From the NCBI GenBank assembly GCA_040391235.1, contig JBEBYG010000014.1, positions 24,020 to 88,019 of the forward strand: a stretch of DNA of 64,000 bases, given 5' to 3'. Below, piece by piece: positions 58,901-64,000 of this stretch. The stretch is from Cryomorpha ignava (lineage in GTDB: Bacteria; Bacteroidota; Bacteroidia; Flavobacteriales_F; PHOS-HE28). Positions within the stretch are counted from its first letter, which is position 1, and each line of letters opens with the position of its first letter. Made by a program: the position numbers and the translations under genes. The notes under the pieces are model-generated. The model ran no database searches, was not told the origin of the DNA, and saw only the letters and a list, made by a program, of their open reading frames with translations.

Positions 58901-61900
58901 GACCAGAAGTTCGGCAGCGGATTCGATGGCAGCTTGGATCTCACCTTCCTGGATGCCACCACCGTGCAGGGCAAAGTGCTCTATGGCAACACCAGCGATG
59001 GCACCACCTACTGGTACGCCTTCGGAATGGTGGGCCTTTCAACACCCTTCCCGCTGGCCACACCACTGGACCTGTACGCCTTCGGTGGAGGCGCATACTG
59101 GAACATGGAGATGAACGGCGCTGCGCCGAACCCGCGCACCATGGCGGACCAGAACGTGAACGCGCGCGATCTCTTCAACGTGAAGAAGAACAAAGCAGGC
59201 ATTCAGGCCGCGGTGATACTGGGTCTCACTCCCGAGAGCACCACCTTCAATGCGGATGCCACGCTCACCGCACAATTCAATACAGGCACAGGTGGCATGG
59301 ACATCATCCGGCTGAACGGGAACGGTTACGTGATGCAGCCGATCGAGAGCAGCGATGCGGAAGAAGCAATGGTGTACACCACACTGGACGTGATGTACAA
59401 CTTCAACAGCAAGACCTTCAGCGCGGACCTTGTGCTGAACGGCAAAGTGCCGAAGGCCACACCGCTTTTCGATGTGGCCGGCAAGGTGAGCTTCTACCGC
59501 TCGCCCACCCTCTGGTATTTCAAAGCGGGAACGCCACAGGAACCCATCGGGCTGGGGATCGACGTGTGGCCGCTGAAGGCCACGGCAGGCGCCTACTTCA
59601 TGACCGGGCAGCAACTGCCTCCACCGGTGCTTCCGCAAGCCGTTACCAACTTCTTCCACTTCACGCCCAACATGATGGGGAACTTGGCGCAGGGCCTTGG
59701 CATCGGGTTCATGACCGGAGCGCACATCCAAGCGGAGGGCGACTTCACCGCTGTGGGTACGGGTCTGCAAGTGAGATTGTTCTGCGGAGCCGATCTGGCC
59801 ATGATGAGCTATGATCTCTGCACCTGCAACGGCAGCGAGGATTTCGGCATCAACAAGTGGTATGCCCAGGGTCAGGCCTATGTGCTCGGCACTGCACGGA
59901 TCACGGCATTCACAGCGGACATCGCCAGCATACAGGTGGGCATCATGGTGGAGGCCGCCTTCCCAAAACCCAACTATGTGCACGGCGTGATCCGCGCCAA
60001 GGCGGACGTGCTTTGGTGGGACACCGACATCGAAGAGGACTTCACCGTGGGCACTCCCTGCGACATACAGCCGCTGCCCAACGCCGGGCTGTTGATCGAA
60101 CGCCAGGAGCTTGAACTGGAAAGCTTGGACATGATCGGTGGGATCACACCCGCACCGATGTCCTCCTTCGTAGCGCTCACCGCACAGCCTGTGATCAATT
60201 GGCATGTGGACCAAGGGGAAGTTCGGAAGTATGTCTACCCCGATGGCATGGGGGGGCTCATCGAAAAGAAGTACCGCTTCGACCTGAGTGCAAAATGGCT
60301 CCGCCAGAACGACCAGGGCACCTTCGTGGAACAGAACAACTTCATGGTGGAACAGGATGCCGACAACAACACCTGGACCATGCGTCTGGTGACCCCTTCC
60401 GGAGCGCCTTCGCAGATGAATGGATCGCGCGGGTACAAGGTGCGCGCCGTGGCCGAGATCATGGAGTGGAAAGGAACCGGCTGGCAGGCGGCACGCTACA
60501 CCACCGGCACCAAGGCGGGCCAGCCGATCCGGCAGCAGCGTGAGCACTTCTTCACCACAGCCACCAGCCTTACCGAACTGGAGATGGCCACCATCGACTA
60601 CACCAAACCTTATCCACGCCAGCGGTTCCTACCATACCGCGACCTACAGCAGGGCATCATCAAGTTCAACGTGGACCAGAAGACACGCTTCCAGGACTTC
60701 GCTTCATGCGGCTTCGACCTTGTGATGCGCATGCAACGCGTGGATGGGCAAGGCACCGCGGTGGAAGTGCCCGTCAATACCGACCACGAACTGAAGATTC
60801 TTTTCAACGTGCCCACGATGCAGGCATCCACGATCTACGATATCAGCATTGTGGCGCGGCGTGAGGCCACACCCACCCAGCTGCGCGAAGAGACCCGTCC
60901 GGCCTGTCAGCTCAGTCCTTCCAACCTGCAACTGCTGATACCCAACGTGGCCAACGTGCCCAATGGCAATGAATTCGCCTCGGTGGATCTCGGCAACTAC
61001 GCTGGTATGCAGCAGTACACGCAACTCGACCACATCGCGGCGATGGCGGCAGCGGGTATCGAAGGCACCATCGTACAGGAGAAAGTGCTGCACACCATCC
61101 ACTTCCGAACCAGTGAACACCCCACTGCAATGGCCAAATTGAAGGCGCTCCAAGTGGGAGTGATCACCGCCGGGTCGGGCACCATGCCGCACTACCGCGT
61201 AGCATCCGGCACCGCCCCGGTGCGGAGCTTCACGATCACGTTGTCCGGCGACGAGGGCTTCGATCGCTATGATCTGCTGGGCCATCCTTTTGTGGCGAGC
61301 GGCAGCTTCACGTCGCCCGTGTACACCTTCGCAAGCGACCATTGCAACGGCACCGGAGACTACGGAAATGCTTGGACCGGACAGGTATGCAATGAGATCT
61401 ACGGCCTGCTCACTTCCAGCACTAACAACCCCGGTAACGGCATGCCCGGCGGCGGCCGCGGTGGTGCTATGGGGCAGCCGCCACCTCTACCGACCGGACT
61501 TGCCTCGAGCCTGCCTTCCCTTGGCACCGTGACCCTGGTGTCCATGATGGGACGAGGAGGTGGGTACAAGCACATGGAACCGCTGTTGAGCGATGCGGAG
61601 GTAGGACTTTCGGGTGCATCCACCTCCGGAAGCAACTACAGCGGCCTCACCTTCCCGGTCTTCGGCAGCACGGCCCCACCACCGTTCAACCCCGGACATG
61701 GTGGCAGCGCTGCGCCCGTTCGCTTGGAGCTGAGCTGGGCGCCGGAGCGTGCAGCCTACGAAGCCCTTAGCCTGATCCAGAAGAACGCACCTTCCGCCTT
61801 CAGGCCTGCGGCCAACTACATCTTCCCGCGCATGCCCAATGGCAAGTACCCGCTCCACATCGGCGTGAGCAACATGTCGAGCACCCAGCAGGAAAGCTCC

Positions 61901-61936
61901 GTAGGTAGCCTCACACTGCAACTGAACATCCAATGA
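55997..61936 (+). CDS. Giant exported protein: TANFOR-like N-domain, FN3-like domain and long beta-rich body; no T9SS CTD
   Basis: Signal peptide ..MAFAQ; VSLVLMPPYP..PIELAPG..LPEGVYTLCITAYN; ITW..YRL..YAVRVRAY..SDVVVFTY; VGDLVQVGHF..FSGQG..VDFSGIKVN. Confidence 0.85.
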   Translation: MNILGPIHRNGRAAWLFCFLMGATMAFAQPQLINVSLVLMPPYPLHADEVLDMGDNTLISIQNNDPFQSYTVYLSSVLDGNNGVNIRTRPEARPTTPIELAPGASMMLSGTELQTFYNNYGENDLLYSGITLDQLVNDNTLPEGVYTLCITAYNFLTGLPLSGTAPQGCSSPFVVITADPPIITSPTQGQAITATDPTFFNITWIPPTLSAPDLVYRLDMMDITGLPINPYDAFLTGNMLQLSEQDIPYNSFLYGMEYPQLQNGHEYAVRVRAYRQFGSLNILNDGWSDVVVFTYGTPGAADPWGDGDATLTDIPVDPGGVTLIDGTITGSYDCASPCAALVPPATDLKQELRVGDLVQVGHFIMAVTQTNGSGTFSGQGIIQPTGYLPIGIKVDFSGIKVNSTGVVVAGKAEAVIRTDSWIDATWADLNTNVRNVRYSRNRERAWTEATDPQWYIDQAALVMQNTGSTLPFSIGPENRRLQVVGMHFFPDRASINMAHIQRLADDAETPRYLSFLGKDFCLSPGGPAVGEDQAVLQLMEAVRFKMTEDLSIAFDPANDLGTGTRATFDCNGLVRVDVQGRALFSPALFKPVNNAGQTTSDTVFAAFAMQYVEWSDWQAMLDFQAMGTTSGSVQGFQYREMQGYTFQVQQAYIDHSVGANLQGMKFPVGHPGAQTTEWQGVYLERVQVTLPSWAERSDTVGHRASFAGRDLVIDDTGFSGRFSASGVLPRKSGKLDNWNFSIDTLQFEVVANSLVGGFLAGDLRLPIAEDDLNYVAAVDYAGNRTLHSFALGNSNDPLDFDVWSASFIMEPNSGLAITVGSGTPLIEATLNGRISFESIIGHVDKTDLTDITIENLVLRNRPSYVSLGNFGTGLTPQTLAVAGFAVIVNGMDYIPIDQQHANLALNLGMDLSQGVMPISGNVGLYIQNKIEAVDSLRIKRLGTEISSIYVEAEVSGVKMKGGVDFFSNDQKFGSGFDGSLDLTFLDATTVQGKVLYGNTSDGTTYWYAFGMVGLSTPFPLATPLDLYAFGGGAYWNMEMNGAAPNPRTMADQNVNARDLFNVKKNKAGIQAAVILGLTPESTTFNADATLTAQFNTGTGGMDIIRLNGNGYVMQPIESSDAEEAMVYTTLDVMYNFNSKTFSADLVLNGKVPKATPLFDVAGKVSFYRSPTLWYFKAGTPQEPIGLGIDVWPLKATAGAYFMTGQQLPPPVLPQAVTNFFHFTPNMMGNLAQGLGIGFMTGAHIQAEGDFTAVGTGLQVRLFCGADLAMMSYDLCTCNGSEDFGINKWYAQGQAYVLGTARITAFTADIASIQVGIMVEAAFPKPNYVHGVIRAKADVLWWDTDIEEDFTVGTPCDIQPLPNAGLLIERQELELESLDMIGGITPAPMSSFVALTAQPVINWHVDQGEVRKYVYPDGMGGLIEKKYRFDLSAKWLRQNDQGTFVEQNNFMVEQDADNNTWTMRLVTPSGAPSQMNGSRGYKVRAVAEIMEWKGTGWQAARYTTGTKAGQPIRQQREHFFTTATSLTELEMATIDYTKPYPRQRFLPYRDLQQGIIKFNVDQKTRFQDFASCGFDLVMRMQRVDGQGTAVEVPVNTDHELKILFNVPTMQASTIYDISIVARREATPTQLREETRPACQLSPSNLQLLIPNVANVPNGNEFASVDLGNYAGMQQYTQLDHIAAMAAAGIEGTIVQEKVLHTIHFRTSEHPTAMAKLKALQVGVITAGSGTMPHYRVASGTAPVRSFTITLSGDEGFDRYDLLGHPFVASGSFTSPVYTFASDHCNGTGDYGNAWTGQVCNEIYGLLTSSTNNPGNGMPGGGRGGAMGQPPPLPTGLASSLPSLGTVTLVSMMGRGGGYKHMEPLLSDAEVGLSGASTSGSNYSGLTFPVFGSTAPPPFNPGHGGSAAPVRLELSWAPERAAYEALSLIQKNAPSAFRPAANYIFPRMPNGKYPLHIGVSNMSSTQQESSVGSLTLQLNIQ

Positions 61937-63948
61937 CCATGGCGACCCGAACGATCCATAACGCCATTCTCATGCTCACGCTGTGGGTCGCATCCGCTGC
62001 ACATGCGCAAGTGGACGACCTGCACATCACTGCACGCAAGTATGATGGCCGGGTACTGGTGAAGTGCATGCCCACCAACGCTGCCACTTGGTACCGCATG
62101 ATGCAAGGCGGCGCGCAGGTAACACTGGACGGACGCGCTGCCATCACTCTGCGGCACGGAAGCCCGGAAGCCTTCGCCGCCACCAAGGTGGATAGCGACT
62201 GGAAAGCCACACTCGCTAAATTGGCAACGGAGGTGCCGGCGCCCAAGGTGAAGGAAGATGACCTGGATGCCGTGGTGCGCGCAGGCAAGGATCTCGAACG
62301 CCACTACCTCGCATGGATCCTGCTCACCGCTTACCATCCTGAGCTATCCTCGCTTTCAGGCATGCAGTTCGAACTGTCGGATGACGGCAAGGCGATCAGC
62401 GGTACGGTGAACGTTCCGGGCGTTCAGACAAAAACTTTCCGCATAGAGCGTGATGATCTGCTTACCGACCTGCCGGGGATCCCCGTCACCGTGCAAGCTG
62501 GGGACAAAGCCGCCACCCTGCGCTGGTCGCATGCACCACTGAACGGATATGCCATGGCCTACCGGGTGGACCGCAGTCGTGATGGAAAAAGTTTCGCCGC
62601 GGTTGCACCGCCTGTGCTGTACGACCGCAGCAGCAAGGGTGTGGCCGATGATCCCATGGGCATGGAATGGGTGGATCCGTTGCCCGCTAACGATGAGACC
62701 TGGCACTACCGCGTGGTGGCGCTGGATGCTTTCGGATTCCCTTCCGTGGACAACAGGGTACTGACCGTGACCCCGCGTGAGGATCCCACATTACCGCCCT
62801 TTGGAGCTATTCGCATCGACACCAAGAACAATGGCACTTCCACATTGAACTGGACCTATCCGATGCTGGACCACTTGAAGGGCTTCCAGGTGATCCACAG
62901 TGTGAACGGAGCACTGGGGCCCTACGAACTCTCACATACCGATGTCCTTCCTGCGAACACGCGCAGCTTCACGCATGCATGGGACCCGCAAGCCGATGTA
63001 CACTACCGCATCATGGCAGTGGACAAGGAGGGTAACGCCACTGCCTCCGAGCTGATCTACCGCGCCATTGCGGACACCTTGCCACCCGATGTGCCTGCGG
63101 ACCTGCGCGTAGAAGTGGACAGTACCGGCTTGGTGCGCATCGCGTGGAATCCCGTGCAGGACAAGGACCTGAAGGGCTACCGCGTATTCAAGAGCTTTCA
63201 GGCCGATCGCGGCTTTGTACAGCTTACACGCGTACCCATCGCGGACACCATGTACGCCGACACGCTCTCGCTGCAGCGCTTGGACAAGCAGGTGTACTAC
63301 CAAGTGGTCTCGTTGGATGGCAGCTTCAACCAGAGTGCACCTTCCGCAGCGGCCATGGGTCTTATGGCAGATGTAGTGGCACCTACACCACCCTTGCTTG
63401 TGGGCGCCGATGTGGAGGAGGACAAGCGTGTGATACTCATTTGGAATGCGAGCAGCTCGCCCGACCTGGCCTACTACGAGGTGCAGTACCGCAGCCCCGG
63501 CGATTCACTCTTCCATCAGTTATACCGTGCTACCAGCACCGAGCACAACCACACCGACCCGGGTTTCAAGGAGGTACCGCATTCGCGTGAATACCGCGTG
63601 CTGGCCGTGGACAGTGCCGGTAATTCCTCCGCGAGCAACCTGCGCCGCGCTGTGCGCCGCACCTTGCCCAGCGGCCCCGAAGCGCCCACCGAGCTGCGCG
63701 CGACGAACGAAGATGGCAAAGTGACCCTGAGCTGGAAACTGGCGCCGGACCAAGAGTTGAGCCACTTGCTGGTGTATGTGCAAAGCGCTGCCGATACCCG
63801 ACCTCGTTTGGTGGACCGCTCACAGGCGTTGGACCGCACCACTTCACCGGAGCCAGCAAGGGAAGGCGACCGATACCGCGTACAGGCCGTATCCGCAAAA
63901 GGGATGAAGAGCACGTTGAGCGAAGCCGTGGAAGTGCGGATGCCGTAG
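61933..63948 (+). CDS. Exported fibronectin type III repeat protein
   Basis: Signal peptide ..AHAQ; about 5 FN3-like units (LRW..YRV..YRVVALD, etc.); ATGA overlap with the upstream stop codon. Confidence 0.88.
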   Translation: MTMATRTIHNAILMLTLWVASAAHAQVDDLHITARKYDGRVLVKCMPTNAATWYRMMQGGAQVTLDGRAAITLRHGSPEAFAATKVDSDWKATLAKLATEVPAPKVKEDDLDAVVRAGKDLERHYLAWILLTAYHPELSSLSGMQFELSDDGKAISGTVNVPGVQTKTFRIERDDLLTDLPGIPVTVQAGDKAATLRWSHAPLNGYAMAYRVDRSRDGKSFAAVAPPVLYDRSSKGVADDPMGMEWVDPLPANDETWHYRVVALDAFGFPSVDNRVLTVTPREDPTLPPFGAIRIDTKNNGTSTLNWTYPMLDHLKGFQVIHSVNGALGPYELSHTDVLPANTRSFTHAWDPQADVHYRIMAVDKEGNATASELIYRAIADTLPPDVPADLRVEVDSTGLVRIAWNPVQDKDLKGYRVFKSFQADRGFVQLTRVPIADTMYADTLSLQRLDKQVYYQVVSLDGSFNQSAPSAAAMGLMADVVAPTPPLLVGADVEEDKRVILIWNASSSPDLAYYEVQYRSPGDSLFHQLYRATSTEHNHTDPGFKEVPHSREYRVLAVDSAGNSSASNLRRAVRRTLPSGPEAPTELRATNEDGKVTLSWKLAPDQELSHLLVYVQSAADTRPRLVDRSQALDRTTSPEPAREGDRYRVQAVSAKGMKSTLSEAVEVRMP

Positions 63949-64000
63949 TACCCGCGCCATTGTGACCCTGTTCAAGGCTTCAGGATGAGCCGCCGACATG

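Noticed and set aside
55997-61936. Polymorphic toxin C-terminus on the TANFOR protein
   Set aside because: No recognisable nuclease, deaminase or peptidase motif at the C-terminus and no small immunity gene follows; genes beyond the window cannot be assessed.

Overview
This is a GC-rich Bacteroidota chromosomal segment, most likely Flavobacteriales-like, judged by its T9SS C-terminal domains (CTDs), porX, long-form hutU and TAnnTTTG promoters. Two housekeeping blocks (aroA-aroB/proline dehydrogenase; DUF4258-ald-tsaE-porX/HD hydrolase) sit among many secreted and surface-protein genes: about 10 type A CTD proteins, one type B CTD PKD giant, and a collagen-like fibre with a peptidase-S74 chaperone. 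The strongest candidate for an undescribed system is at 54.2-63.9 kb, where an outer-membrane beta-barrel is divergent from a 1979-aa TANFOR/beta-rich protein coupled to an FN3-repeat protein. None of the three has a T9SS CTD. Their shared promoter region has LytTR-type 21-bp-period direct repeats, which recur next to the local LytS/LytTR pair and at the window start. Also present are an OprC-like Cu TonB receptor with a Met/His-rich lipoprotein, an internally deleted T9SS paralogue, and several families of small intergenic repeats. I found no rRNA, tRNA, CRISPR array, integrase or transposase. Domain names come from motif recognition by eye; no searches were run.
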